A DNA stretch of 64,000 nt from Octopus vulgaris (taxonomy: Eukaryota): the NCBI GenBank assembly GCA_951406725.2, contig OX597829.1, positions 42,656,001 to 42,720,000 on the forward strand. Direction: 5' to 3'. The notes beneath the pieces were generated by a model. It was not told where the DNA came from. It searched no databases and saw nothing but the letters and a program-made list of their open reading frames with translations. This document shows, in pieces, positions 28,615 through 43,130 of the stretch. Numbering within the stretch: position 1 is the stretch's first letter; each line of letters begins with the position of its first letter. A program made the translations under genes and the position numbers.

Positions 28615-29498
28615 TCCTGATTATACCTGGAGACTCCCGGTCTTCAAAACTCTAACAACGGAGACAACAAAAACAACAAAATCACAAGGAACCCAGCGGT
28701 AGCTCCAGCAGCACGCAACAACAAAACTCTTGATGTGTGCTACACTGAAAAGCAACAAGTAAGAAAATAAATGTAAAATAAAAAAAACAATAATAAAGAT
28801 GAAAGAAAGATTCTGGTTTATTTATTTTTTTATTCAGTTTTCTTTTATACCATTAAAAAAATTTTTTTACATGTATTTATTTATTTATCTTTATCTTTAT
28901 TTCTTTGCAACACAGGAAGACTGCGGATGTTTGCTTTACTGAGAGACTGTGTAATCAGCGGTCTGTGATCACAAATGCAATGAGGCGAAAGACTGGCGTA
29001 TTAACATCAACAGTTATATCTCACCTTCGGAACCTAACAATACTGGCGGTATTTATAAGATATCCTTTGAAGACAACCAGTGATCCCGTAAACAAAAGTT
29101 GTCCGCAAAGTCGTGTTAAACCTGTTATTATGGTACCCCAATAGTCAGTAGCTATTTTCGTATGATAATTTACTCTACTCTTCCGTAAATTACATCCTGT
29201 GAAAAATAAAATTGGTTTAAAGTATTATTACGTATGAATGTAAGATATACGATAGTGCTGTGAAGACTATATTCTTCCTTTGTTTCTTGTAAAAATGGGT
29301 TATAAGATTATTGTCCCATTATCATTACTGTCACATATCTATAGCCCGTATACTATATCATAGATGCCTGAATTAAGTTTTTTTAATTTTTATAGTGCCA
29401 TAAAATATTTTAGAAATTTAAGTAAAACACAAAATTCCTGATCAACAAATTACATCTTTATTTCGTTAATCTTTCAGCATGTAGTTAGTTTCTTTACA

Positions 29499-29883
29499 GT
29501 GGAGGTGCAGTGGCCCAGTGGTTAGGGTAGCGGACTCGCGGTCATAGGATCGCGGTTTCGATTCCCAGACCGGGCGTTGTGAGTGTTTATTGAGCGAAAA
29601 CACCTAAAAGCTCCACGAGGCTCCGGCAGGGGATGGTGGTGATCCCTGCTGTACTCTTTCACCACAACTTCTCTCACTCTTACTTCCTGTTTCTGTTGTA
29701 CTTGTATTTCAAGGGGCCGGCCTTGTCACTCTCTGTGTCACGCTGAATATCCCCGAGAACTACGTTAAGGGTGCACGTGTCTGTGGAGTGCTCAGCCACT
29801 TACACCTTAATTTCACGAGCAGGCTGTTCCGTTGATTCGGATCAACCGGAACCCTCATCGTCGTTACCGACGGAGTGCTTCCA
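29499..29883 (+). mobile_element. SINE family C, full length
   Basis: A/B boxes, core, tail GGAACCCTCATCGTCGTTACCGACGGAGTGCTTCCA. Confidence 0.88.
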
Positions 29884-30892
29884 AAAAGTTTTTTTACATC
29901 ACGTGTAGCTATCTTGTAGCAGAGGTGAACACTACTACTCATATCATATCACTGCTTATATTATTGGAATATGCGCTGCATCTCTTTTTAATTTCCAGCG
30001 CATTTAGAAAAGACTAACGAACAAATTATTAGTGTGATACAATACATAGACCCGTGCTTCGTAATCCAGTAGTACTACATATATTGTAAATCTCGAAACA
30101 TCTTCATCAGCTAAGTCTTCTAAGTTAGGCAACAAATAAGTATAAGTTAAATAAACTTACAGTCTTGGAGTTGTCGACTTCCGGCCTATATTTGTGACAT
30201 GTTCTTGTGATTGTTTGGATAATAGAATAGGTTTGTTAATGTTTTCTTAAAGCATTCTATTTGCTTCTGATCGACCAAACTATGCAACATATGATTTAAA
30301 TTTATGGAATTCCCTCATTACTACTTGAAGAATCTACCTTCAATCTAGAGAAGACTGAATGGATAGATATTTAACAAAGTTCGACAGTAAACTTATTTTT
30401 CCGATTGAGGACCATCAAATTAGATTTTCACAAACGAATGTAGTTTAGTAAATAAACGTCAAGAATTACGTCCTACTAAAAATGTATTTGATTATGCAAA
30501 TTGTCTGCACAATCAAATACATATATATCAAAAGGATGTGTTATAAAACTATTCCACAGATACAAAAATAGCCATACCAACAATCCACATCATCAGCTAC
30601 CTCACGGATATCATTATGGTTTCGACACCTGGGCAGTACCATTCAATCCGGCGGTGTCAACAGCACTAAAATAAGCATTGTTTGAGAACTAGCATACCAA
30701 AGAAACCACAACTTTGAAACACATTTACCCTATGTAAAATAGTATCTGTGAATGAATTAAATAAGTAAATCAATAACCAATTCCTAAATATGTAACAAAA
30801 CGGCGACCAAAACCTTTAAGTCATACATTTTATTTACTACAGGTTTCCATAGTATAATAATAATAATAACAATAATAATAATAATAAAAATA

Positions 30893-30945
<53 letters not shown>

Positions 30946-30963
30946 CACACACACATAAATATA

Positions 30964-31125
30964 GGCGTAGGAGTGGCTCTGTGGTAAGTAGCTTGCTTCC
31001 GAACCACATGGTTCCGGGTTCAGCACCACTGTGTGGCACCTTGGGCAAGTGTCTTCTGCTATAGCCTCGGGCCGACCAAAGCCTTGCGAGTGAATTTGGT
31101 AGACGGAAACTGAACGAAGCCCGTC

Positions 31126-31128
<3 letters not shown>
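30964..31128 (+). mobile_element. SINE-B 5' half
   Basis: Head and core ending at internal (TA)n. Confidence 0.85.
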
Positions 31129-31167
<39 letters not shown>

Positions 31168-31619
31168 ATGTATGGTAAGTGAACGACAGAAGATGGAATA
31201 TGATATTTATTAACCAAGAGAATTGTTTCGGCTCATCTACCATCGATCCCTCATGTTGAGGGTGGGTGCGAACACTAAACAATTGGTTCAGGAGCATAAT
31301 GATGTGCATCATATGTGAATATGCATACGAATATATGTATAAGTGTATACGTGCACATACACATGCGTGAAGAAAATTAAACGCCGAATACGTATATGCT
31401 TGCATGAGCATTTATGTGTTTATATCCTTCCATATTTATTAACTTGTTATAGTTAGGCAAATATACACTGCTTTCAATCACTCTCAGCTCTCTCGCGTGC
31501 GCGCATAACCATGTTTGTGTGCAAGAATCTGAGGTCTTACAAAACACCCTCTTTCTGTTTCTATACGTGTGAGTGCGAGACACACACACACACAGACTCA
31601 TGCACATACTTAGATACAT

Positions 31620-31686
<67 letters not shown>

Positions 31687-31711
31687 TATATAGTTGTGTA
31701 TGTACATCCGT

Positions 31712-32240
31712 ATATGTATTTTTGCGTGTGTGTGGTGTCATCCTTATAAGGTAGTGAATGTGAATGTATGCATACGTGAACACAATTCTCAACATTTAGA
31801 GTGAACTGTATAACTATGTGCGTATATGTATACACACACACACACACACGAGTGTATACACACACATACACATATATATGCATAGACACATTCACACTTA
31901 CACACACATACATACATTCAGATATATTCACATACACACACACACATATATATATATATACACACAGATACATATATATTTGTGTATGTACAGCCGCATA
32001 TGTATTTGTACGTGTGTATGGTGTCATCCTTATAAGGTAGTGAATGTGAATGTATGCATACGTGAACACAAATCTCAACCTTTATAGTGAACTGTATAAC
32101 TGTGTGTGTGTGTATATACACACACGTGTGTATACACACACACATACACACATATATATATATACATAGACACACATTCACACTTACACACACATACATA
32201 CATTCAGATATATTCACATACACACACACACACGCACATA
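31712..32240. repeat. Tandem duplication, unit about 287 bp
   Basis: GGTGTCATCCTTATAAGGTAGTGAATGTGAATG..GTGAACTGTATAAC..CATTCAGATATATTCAC occurs twice. Confidence 0.9.
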
Positions 32241-32868
32241 TCATTTATCATATATGCACATATATTTATGCATACCTGTATATGTATATACATCTATACT
32301 AACATAATTACACGCATACACATATCTATGTATACAATGTCAGAACATTTACTTAAACCGTTTCATTCGAGGTCATTTTTAGCAAAGCAACGAGTACGTC
32401 AATTTTCACTGCCCTTCCTTGTTTTTTCTGGAAAATTGCTAGACGCACAGCAGGTATTGGACAACAAATTTGTATTTGCACAATAGGATATATCTGCCTA
32501 AACCAGCCGTATTTGATAATCATTACAGAAACCAAATGTGATTTAATGAGTATAAGGAAATCATAATTGCTCCATATCAAATTTAATGGTGATGCTGATG
32601 ATAAGAACGATGATGGTGATGATGATTGTGATGATGACGATGACGATAAAGATGATGGTGATAATGGTAATGGTGGTGGTCGTGGTAATAATAATATATC
32701 TGTACTGGCAATAATTATGATAATGATAACAATGTGGAAAGATGCGATAACAACAGTAGAAAGATGACGACGGCAAAATCGATGACGATAACGTCGATAT
32801 GATCTCAGTGATGTTGCTGTTGCTGCAGATGATGATGATGATGATGAGGAGGAGGAGGTGGAGGAAAT

Positions 32869-33284
32869 GGCGGCGAGCTGGCAGAAACGTTAGCACGCCG
32901 GGCGAAATGCTTAGCCGTATTTCGTTTGCCGTTACGTTCTGAGTTCAAATTCCACCGAGGTTGACTTTGCCTTTCATCCTTTCGGGGTCGATTAAATAAG
33001 TACCAGTTACTCACTGGGGTCGATATAATCGACTTAATCCGTTTGTCTGTCCTTGTTTGTCCTCTCTGTGTTTAGCCCCTTGTGGGTAGTAAAGAAATTA
33101 GAAATAAGTATTTCGTCTGCCGCTGCGTTCTGAGTTCAAATTCCACCGAGGTTGACTTTGCCTTTCATCCTTTTCGGGGTCAATTAAATAAGTACCAGCT
33201 ACGTACTGGGGTCGATATAATCGACTTAATCCGTTTGTCTGTCCTTGTTTGTCCCCTCTGAGTGTAGCCCCTTGTGGGCAGTAA
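32869..33284 (+). mobile_element. SINE-A dimer
   Basis: One head, two body units. Confidence 0.88.
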
Positions 33285-33870
33285 AAAAAAAGAAAGAAAG
33301 AAGAAATGAGGAGGATGAGGGGATGGGTGAGGATGATGATGAAGGGCATGAGGATCAAGAGGATGAGCAAGAGGAGAGGAGGAAATAGATGTTGTTGACG
33401 TCGATGAAGAAGAGGAGGATGTGATGGATAATGAATGACGTGATGGCAATACTGTTGACAGAACAAGCGACGACGGAAAAGACGATGATGACAAGAAAGT
33501 CGATGAAGATGAAGAGCCTGATGGGATTGATGGTGATGATAATGAAGAGAATGATGAGGAGTACCTGCTGGAAGAAGATAAGAGGAATAAGGATGACAAC
33601 TTAGATATTGATATCGATAATGTTCTGGATAATTATTATACGGCGTCGGAGAATTCGCATTTCTTTAAGATTTTTAACATTCTGAGCTAAAATTTACTCA
33701 ATTCAAAGCTCTCCATCAAATGCATAATTACGATGTTGGTTCTACTAATGAGAATTATTAATGATTTCTTTTTCTATTGATATTTGTGGCAGTACATTAG
33801 AGAATTTTAATCGACGTCTCCAATTATTGGGTTAACATTTTCCTGAAATTTCGCTTGGAAAATTATTACC

Positions 33871-34022
33871 GTGGCTGTGTGGTAAGTAGCTTGCTTACCA
33901 ACCACATGGTTCCGGGTTCAGTCCCACTGTGTGGCACCTTGGTCAAGTTTCTTCTACTCTGTAGCCTCGGGCCGACCAAAGTCTTGTGACTGGATTTGGT
34001 TGACGGGAACTAGAAGCCCGTC

Positions 34023-34074
<52 letters not shown>

Positions 34075-34082
34075 GTGTGTGC

Positions 34083-34138
<56 letters not shown>

Positions 34139-34310
34139 TTGTGTGTCTGTATTTGTTCCCCCAACATCTCTTGACAACCGATGCGGGTGTGTTTACTTCC
34201 CCGTAACATAGTGGTTCGGCAAAAAAAAAAATGACCCGATGGAACCACTATTATGCTTACAAAGAATAAGTTCTGGGGTGGATTTGCTCGACTAAAGCGG
34301 TACTGGCTAT
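33871..34310 (+). mobile_element. SINE family B
   Basis: Head, core, internal (TA)n(TG)n, body. Confidence 0.82.
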
Positions 34311-34590
34311 ACGACACATTATCTGTGTCCTGATATTTTCGAACTGGGAATTCAGTATCCCTGCCCCAGCACAAAAGAACATCTGTGGACTAGTTTCAAA
34401 GTTATTGCTTTTCATCAACGCAGAGCAACTGTGTATCGCTTTGAAATGTATATATTGGAATCGTGAATTCAGCAGCGCCACCTAGCCAGGCTTGATCACT
34501 CACGTTCATGATAATTCAGTGGATCAAACATGGATACATATCGTCAAAACTGATGGAAGTCTATTATATATATGGAAGTCTATTATATAA

Positions 34591-34820
34591 GGCGGCGAGC
34601 TGGCAGAAACGTTAGCACGCTGGACGAAATGCTTTGCGGTGTTTCGTCTGCCGCTGTGTTCTGAGTTCAAATTCCGCCGAGGTCGACTTTGCCTTTCATC
34701 CTTTCGGGGTCGATAAATTAAGTACCAGTTACGCACTGGAGTCGAATGTAATCGACTTAATCCCTTTGTCTGTCTTGTTTGTCCCCTCTGTGTTTAGCCC
34801 CTTGTGGGTAGTAAAGAAAT
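34591..34820 (+). mobile_element. SINE family A
   Basis: Full family-A unit. Confidence 0.88.
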
Positions 34821-34928
34821 ATATTATATAAGAATGGCAGTGTGCCTGTAATTGCATATGTATGTGCATGTGTTTGTAGGTATGTGTATATATGTATATA
34901 TATAGGTGTATATATATATGTATATATA

Positions 34929-35082
34929 CAGGAGTGGCTGTGTGGTAAGTAGCTTGCTAACCAACCACATGGTTCCGGGTTCAGTCCCACTGCGTGGCAC
35001 CTTGGTGAAGTATCTTTTACTACAGCCTCGGGTCGACCAAAGCCTTCCAGACGGAAACTGAAAGAAGCCTGTCGTATATATG

Positions 35083-35113
<31 letters not shown>

Positions 35114-35339
35114 GTGTGTGTGTTTGTGTGTCTGTGTTTGTTCCCCTAGCATTGCTTGACAACTGATGATGGTGTGTTTATGTCCCCGTCACTTAGCGGT
35201 TCGGCAAAAGAGCCGGATAGAATAAGTACTGGGCTTACAAAGAATAAGTCCCGGAGTCGATTTGCTCGACTAAAGGCGGTGCTCCAGCATGGCCGCAGTC
35301 AAATGACTGAAACAAGTAAAAGAGTAAAAGAGTAAAAGA
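34929..35339 (+). mobile_element. SINE family B, near full length
   Basis: Ends GGTGCTCCAGCATGGCCGCAGTCAAATGACTGAAACAA(GTAAAAGA)n. Confidence 0.9.
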
Positions 35340-35861
35340 TATGTATGCATATTTATGTGCGTATGTATTTATATATGTATGAACACACACACACATATAT
35401 ACACACATCTACATTTATGCACCCCTACATAGGTACATACATACGTAGTACATACACACATACGTACATACATACATAGATACATGTATAGTACATAACA
35501 TACATCTATACATGTATACATACATACGTACATACATATATACATGCATACGTACGTACGTACATAGATACATACTGACAGACAGTATATATACATGAAT
35601 GTATATATACATAAATGTATGCATGTATACATGCATACATATGTAAATATGCAATGAATTACATATTCATATGTGTGGTACATTTGTGTATGAGAGTTCA
35701 TGCATGTTATTAATTAGTCTTACGATTTACGGATAATTGCAATACATAATCATTTTAATGTAATTGACTTCTAGATTGTTGCTCATACACAGAAAAATAA
35801 TTGGAACGTTGAGGATGTTGACTTTGTGCCTTTTGTCTGCTTTTTTGTAATATTTTGGGAC

Positions 35862-35897
<36 letters not shown>

Positions 35898-36098
35898 TTA
35901 TATTACATGAACTTCTTTTAAGCATGTGATGGCTTTGTCCTTTGCAGTTTGTAATTAGCGCCGTCTTTAGGGGTTCTTTCCATCTCCCCTTCGAAGCACA
36001 GAGCGGAACCCTTGGATTCATATGGTTGAAGTTGAAAACGATTATTACAATGTAATTTACATTGTCGACCGGGCCACCTTCACGCACACACATACACA

Positions 36099-36192
<94 letters not shown>

Positions 36193-36195
36193 TAT

Positions 36196-36247
<52 letters not shown>

Positions 36248-37159
36248 ATATATATACACACACATACACACATATACATATATATATATTTGTGTGTGTT
36301 TGTCTGTGTATATGCACCTATACATACAGGCATATAGAGACATGTATGCATACACACAAATGTATACGCTCACTTGTCCGCACACACGTATGCATGCTTC
36401 ATGCTTTCAATTCTCGGATGTATTCCAAGAACACGTCTGTTCACTTACTATGGCTGCTGCAAGTTTTAGTCGCAATTCTGTTTTTTTTCCTTCGCCCATC
36501 TCTTTCTTCTTCTTCTTCTTCTTCTTCCACTTAAAGGTTTCTAGAACATCCCCAAACAACACCGAACATATTCCGTCGTCATACCAGGTTAATCTATTGA
36601 CCAATGGGATTAATAGTCAACTTAGATCTTTAATTATTGTTTACACTTTCTTTCACGCCGCCTGTCGGTTCTTTCTTCGACGCATAGCAGATTGTTAAAA
36701 GAATAATGCAATTTCGCAAGCATCGCTGTTAGCTTTTCCAAAGAATATATCCGAAATAGTGTATACAGCATCACAGGATATTGCCAAGAAAACACCTAGA
36801 TTTCGGTATTACTCTTGCAATCGTTAGAAAACGAAGCAGGCTTGCGCTAATACGTAAACAAAACTAGGCGAAGAATTTCAACTTTGATGCATGTTCCAAA
36901 TCAAGAATGGTCACGTTTAGCACACAAGAAGAAAATGTCTTGCAGTATTTGTTACTACAGCAGTCTGTGATAACTATTCTGTGAGATAATTTGATCAGAG
37001 TCTCTGCTTTACCGAAGAAAAGTAAAATAAAATATAAACGACAAATATTGTTAGGGACCTTAAGGAATCGCAGAAAACTAAACAGAATCCTTTTCTTTTA
37101 ATATACGTTCGAACACACCGACACACACACACATACAGACACATATGTATGAATGTATG

Positions 37160-37256
<97 letters not shown>

Positions 37257-37963
37257 GTGTGTGTGTATGTGTGTGTGTGTGTATGTTTGTGTTTCTATGT
37301 ATATATGTATGCATTTATATGCATCTATGTATGTATCCTTTTATGTATGTATATATGCGTCTATGTAAACGTGTTTATATATGTACATCTATCTATATGC
37401 ATACATATATTAATATATATATATATATATAGAAATATATACATATAATATATAAATATATATACATATATACATACACAAAAGTATATATACATAAATG
37501 TACATGCATACATACATATATTAATATATATATACAAATTAATACATACACACATACATACACACATACATACATGCATACATACATACATACATACATA
37601 CATACATACATACATACATACATACATACATACATACATGTTCAAGCAGCTAGAAATTCTTTGCTGCTGCTACTGCTACTCATTCTGCTGCTCCTGTTGC
37701 TATGCCTTCTACTGCTATTGAGGTAATATCTCGATTATAATATTTTTTCCGCCATAATGAAAATTGTATTCTCATTAAAAGCTGGTTTTGACTCCCAGTT
37801 GAATCCAGTTGAATCCAGTTCAATTCCTTCACGAGAGTAAAATGAAGTTTCTCATATCACAGTGGCTAGTGTGCAAGGTAGCAAATGTTTTAAAGTATTT
37901 TGAAATCTAGTTGATGTTTTGCCGCAAGTTGATGTTTAAGAAGTAGAAATATGAATATTTTTA

Positions 37964-38130
37964 GGCGCACGCGTGGCTGTATGGTACGAAGCTTACTTCT
38001 CAACCACATGGTTCCAGGTTCAGTCCCACTGCATGGCACTTTAGGCACGTGTCTTCTACTGTAGCCTTGGACCGATCATAGTCTTGTGAGTGGATTTGGA
38101 AGGCGGAAACCGAAAGAAGACCGTCGTATA
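37964..38130 (+). mobile_element. SINE-B 5' half
   Basis: Head and core. Confidence 0.75.
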
Positions 38131-38339
38131 TATATGTATCTTTATTTCTCTCTCTCCCTCTGTATATATTTATGTATGTATGTATTTACATATATGTATA
38201 TGTGTATGTGTATATGTATATACACATACATATATACATATATATGTATGTGTATATATAATGTTTCTGCCAGTTCACCGCCTTTAAGATATAAATAAGG
38301 TTATATATGAGTGTATCTGTGATGGCTTAAATTAAATCT

Positions 38340-38680
38340 CTTACTTTTTATCTATTTCAGGCATTGGACTGTGGTCATGCTGGAGCAACACCCGGAATGG
38401 TTTAGTCGAACAGATCGATTCCAGTACATATCTTTTTAAAGCCTGGTACTTATGCTATCTCATTTGCCGAACTACTAATTCGTGTGGACATAAACAAACC
38501 GACACTTGTAGTCAAGTGAGGATGGTGGACAAACGCAAACCCAAAGACGCAGGAACTCATATACATATATGATCGCCCTGGGTCTAGAGCTGAAGACACT
38601 TACCCAAAGTGCCGCGTAGTGGGAACCGAACACGGAGCCACAAAGTTGGGAAGCTAGTTTTTAACCACACAGCTACGCTT
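38340..38680 (-). mobile_element. Degenerate SINE-B
   Basis: Tail, body and head motifs on minus strand. Confidence 0.7.
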
Positions 38681-38844
38681 GGGACGGGCAGTTGAACAAA
38701 ATTGGGCCTTGGGGGCCAAGGAAGGGACAGCAGGAAGAGGGATCGACATACAAAAGAAAGGGAAGTGGATGAATGGGAAGAAGAAAGGCTAGGAATACAA
38801 GAGGGAGAGTGAGAAAGGGAGTAAGAAGAAAGATTAGAATGGAA

Positions 38845-39220
38845 TGGAAGCACTCCGTCGGTTACGACGATGAGGGTTCCGGTTGATCCGAATCAACGGA
38901 ACAGCCTGCTCGTGAAATTAACGTGTAAGTGGCTGAGCACTCCACAGACACGTGTACCCTCAACGCAGTTCTCGGGGATATTCAGCGTGACACAGAGAGT
39001 GACAAGGCCGGCCCCTTGAAATACAGGTACAACAGAAACAGGAAGTAAGAGTGAGAGAAAGTTGTGGTGAAAGAGTACATCAGGGTTCACCACCATCCCC
39101 TGCCGGAGCCTCGTGGAGCTTTTAGGTGTTTTCGCTCAATAAACACTCACAACGGCCGGTCTGGGAATCGAAACCGCGATCCTATGACCGCGAGTTCGCT
39201 GCCCTAACCACTGGGCCATT
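38845..39220 (-). mobile_element. SINE family C
   Basis: Near-identical reverse complement of 29499-29883, TTCCA tail. Confidence 0.88.
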
Positions 39221-40290
39221 GGATTAGAATAGAAGAGTGAGAGAAAGAAAAGTGGGAAAATGAAGATAGGAGAGTGAGAGAGAGTCACGCGGGTATATAA
39301 AAAAACTTACTTGTTAATACAAATTCGGTTTGCGTTGCGTTCCATTACTTGATATGAATGTGAAAACAAACGGGATCATTTTTTCTTTGTCTCACCTTGA
39401 CACTGCTATTCTAGCCTTTCTACTTACTTCCGCTCTCTCTCTCTCTCTCTCTCTTGTATTCCTAATCGTTCTCCTTCCCCTTCTTCCAATTTCCCATTCT
39501 TTTCTCTGTCACTCTCTCTCCCTGCTGACTTTCACCTGTGCCTACTAGTGTCACATTACCAGCGGCGATGTCCCCTTTTTCTTCCTTTCTTAGACTGGTC
39601 CGTTAGCTGACCAGTCGCAGATTCTGTTTCTCCATTTTCCAAAATAATTTCGAAGCGTTACCCACTATTCTCGTCTTCTTGGCCCCAAGGCCCTATTTTG
39701 TCCAACTTTTTGACCTCGTCCACCGTTCCTAAACACTCTGTGTCGTTTTGCTTGTTTTGTTTCGTTCTGCTTGCTCTTGTCCCCAATTCTACGCAAGAAA
39801 GCCTTTTTTTGCGAGCACCGCCAATCGGGAAGCACTTAGTCTTATCGTTAAAGGTGCAAAACTGAACAGTACCATTGGTTTATAACTAATGAAGAATTAA
39901 GGACCTCCTGTTTGTCTTCCATTCGATTTTACACTAGGTATACGCTGCGTCGTTTGTTTATACATTTTTCCATTTATCAAGTAATGGAACGTAACACACA
40001 CCGAGTCAATAAAATAAGCACCAGTTGGACACTGCGATCGATGTAATCAACTTAGCCCCTCCCTGACGCAAGTGGCCTCGTTATGGTGGTACGATTAGTA
40101 GTTTATGAAGTAAATGTTTTCCTGCATATGACGGTAACATACTGCAATGGTAATAGTGTAGAACGGACGTTTGTGGTGGAATATAGCAGCGGGTGAGTGA
40201 CACTCTCGATTCATCCAATTAGAACGAAAGCAAGAATCCGGTTCTATATCAGAGTGAATGTCGAGAAGAGAGTATCACCAAACATTTTAA

Positions 40291-40511
40291 CCCTTTAGCA
40301 TTTAAACCGGCCATATCCGGCCAAAAGTATTCTGCCTGTTTTATGTTCAAACTGGCCACATTTGGTCTCACACCAACCCTACAATATCGTTTTAAAAATT
40401 AACAGCTACCTCATCAAAATCTCATAGCTACAAGATAATGCAAGATTAGTTCAAAACAGTGTGGATAAAAAAAAGCATTAATTTTGGCAGAACAATGTGA
40501 ACACTAAAGGG
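40291..40511. mobile_element. piggyBac-type MITE
   Basis: TTAA|CCCTTTAG ... CTAAAGGG|TTAA. Confidence 0.85.
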
Positions 40512-40845
40512 TTAAACGATACGCCACAAGAAAAAAATGGCAGATGAACAACATCCTGGTACACTCTGATTGATACGACACTTTACTCACCAACGCACTG
40601 ATTCAACAGCTGAATATTTCGTGATGGTTATTTACATTGTAAAAACTCAAATGTGCATCAGCTTCTCGTTTTATCCGTTAGTTACTCTGACATTAATTTA
40701 GCCGTGAACACTTGTCGGACCACTTAAAGGTACAATTCAAATCTGTACTTCGGCTCAGATATCTAAGACGGCATACTGTTACGCGTAAACTCATCTGTAT
40801 ACATTCACACATCCAAATACGCATACCCGGACACAAGCCCGCGTG

Positions 40846-40906
<61 letters not shown>

Positions 40907-41392
40907 ACACGGACACAAGCTAGCACAAACACATGCACAGACACACACACGCACTTAGGCGCGCACACACACCAAATACAAATGCTACACACGTGCATAT
41001 ACACTGACAGGCAAACGCACATCACACACAGACCTATACAGCAACTGAACGAATGACGATCCCTCTAAGACGTTGCAATAACCAGAACGCCAATTTAATG
41101 CATACTTTTCCTCTCCGTATTATTCTGCAACGGTTTCCCGTTGCTCTAAGCTAGCGATTATTTATTTTTTATTATTATTATTCTTAGAAATTTATAACGA
41201 ATAAATAATCTTTTATATGTAGTAATTGACGATGAAAAGAAGACAACAATGATACTAACAAGCGTTGAGCGTGACGTTTTTATTACAGCAATAAATATCA
41301 GGTTGTGATTATTGAGTTGGAAGATAGTGTGAAAATACCCCCAAAAGATAAGTAAATACTGTACATTCGAAAATGACAAAGAAAATACATAC

Positions 41393-41484
<92 letters not shown>

Positions 41485-42289
41485 TGAATGGAATCAAGTA
41501 TTATTTTTATTTCAAATTACTTTATATAAGAAACGAATTCAACACCCGAAGAACTTAACTAGTTGCCATACGTTGAAGAAGAAACATTCGAACAGAAAAT
41601 AGGAATAAAACACTTAATAATATACATACTATGTCTCAGGCGATGCACGTTTTATAACATACGACATACGTGTATTTTACACATTTAAAATTAATTGCTG
41701 CAGGATATATATATATATTATTCAATGATTCTCTACAAACACACGTGCATAAAACTTACGTATGCGCACGCGCACTCTAACAAATCACACCTTAATAAAC
41801 ACATACAACACGTATTTAGGGCACAGAACTTAATGTGCAAATCATTGAGAGAGAAGCTCTTGACGTAATCTTTCTACTTCCTAGAAATAGCAGCCTAATC
41901 CCCCTCAGACCCCTCTCCTCATCATTGTCGAATATAAGAAACATATTGGATAAAGCAGTTCAAGATAATTTAGATGTGATAGCAGTCTTCTGATCGATTT
42001 CAGAGACTCCAAAAGTGGTAAGCAGAAAAAGTACTGGCAAGCCAAAGGCCTTGCTCCGTATTCTTACATGGATTCCGCTAAGAGCAACGAAGGAAGTAGG
42101 TTTCAGCCGAGTGATAGAGTTAATCTGTTACCCATATTTTGGGTCACCATTCACATAAAATTTACCATTTGCATAAAAGACCTTTTATTTCTTGGCTAGA
42201 ATTAAGTCGGCGTGTTAGCAGAATCGTTATCACATCGGGAAAGATGTTTCGCGTCATTTTCTTTGGCTTTGTACCTCCTGAATTCAAAT

Positions 42290-43130
42290 CTCGCTGTTGC
42301 AAGTCCATAACCGTCACTGATATTCAGGTAGCAGTAGGAGCATCTAACTCAGATGCTAAATTTTAAGGTCTTCCACTCAGCACCTTCTCCAGTTCTGTTT
42401 TCTGATCTTGCTGTGCTTCTAAGGATTTGAAACTCCAGTGTCACCAGGCTACATTTCAAATGTTTGCTCAAATTGCAGTTATTATATATGTAATTTTATA
42501 TCACTAGCCATCAACCAGGTGCCCTCTCTGAGTCCAGGGTTTGGCTTGCCAAGACTCTCCTGTTCTGTATATGTTGTGTTGCATGTGTATAATCCGTTAG
42601 GCACTTAATTACTGTCCATCTTTTCATAACATCTGCCTCAAGCATCATTGACAGCGTCTTGCGATCTTTCACTCCGTCTTGAGCAGTAATTCGTATCCAA
42701 AATATGATAGCTTCCTGAATTTGATTCTCGAAAATAATTATCCTTAGACTCTCAACCTTTTTGTGCTGCAGCAGTTGTTACCCTATCTTTTCAGCATATC
42801 CTGTCCGACCAGTAAAAGATCCAGATCTCAAAGAAAATTCTATTTTCTTCGCAATAGTTGTGTACACTGTCCCGTAAACCAAAATTGGCATAATATAACT
42901 GCTTTTGAAGTGAGGAACTTTTTCATTGTTATAGATGTTGTTTTAGCCTTATATATTCTTTGAGTAATTTCTTCTTCACAGCGATGTTTCCGATTCATCA
43001 TAGTCTAAAATACTTGAAGTTGTTTACTTGCCTAAGCTTCTGTCCATCTATTTACATATTAGCAATTTTTTTTCTGTCTTACGAATAAACAATTGTCTTT
43101 ATCATATTTACCTTCATATTTAGACCTTTA
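42290..43130 (-). mobile_element. Degenerate RTE-like LINE 3' fragment
   Basis: Minus QVNNFKY..CEEEITQRIYKAK resembles the RTE RT thumb; many stops. Confidence 0.55.

Noticed and set aside
29499-29575. tRNA-like heads as functional tRNA genes
   Set aside because: They continue into SINE cores without a clean acceptor stem or terminator.
30617-30665. Minus-strand GACACC..GGTGTC-GAAAC as another hammerhead
   Set aside because: Upstream core reads CTGTT instead of CTGANGA; stems I and III cannot be formed.
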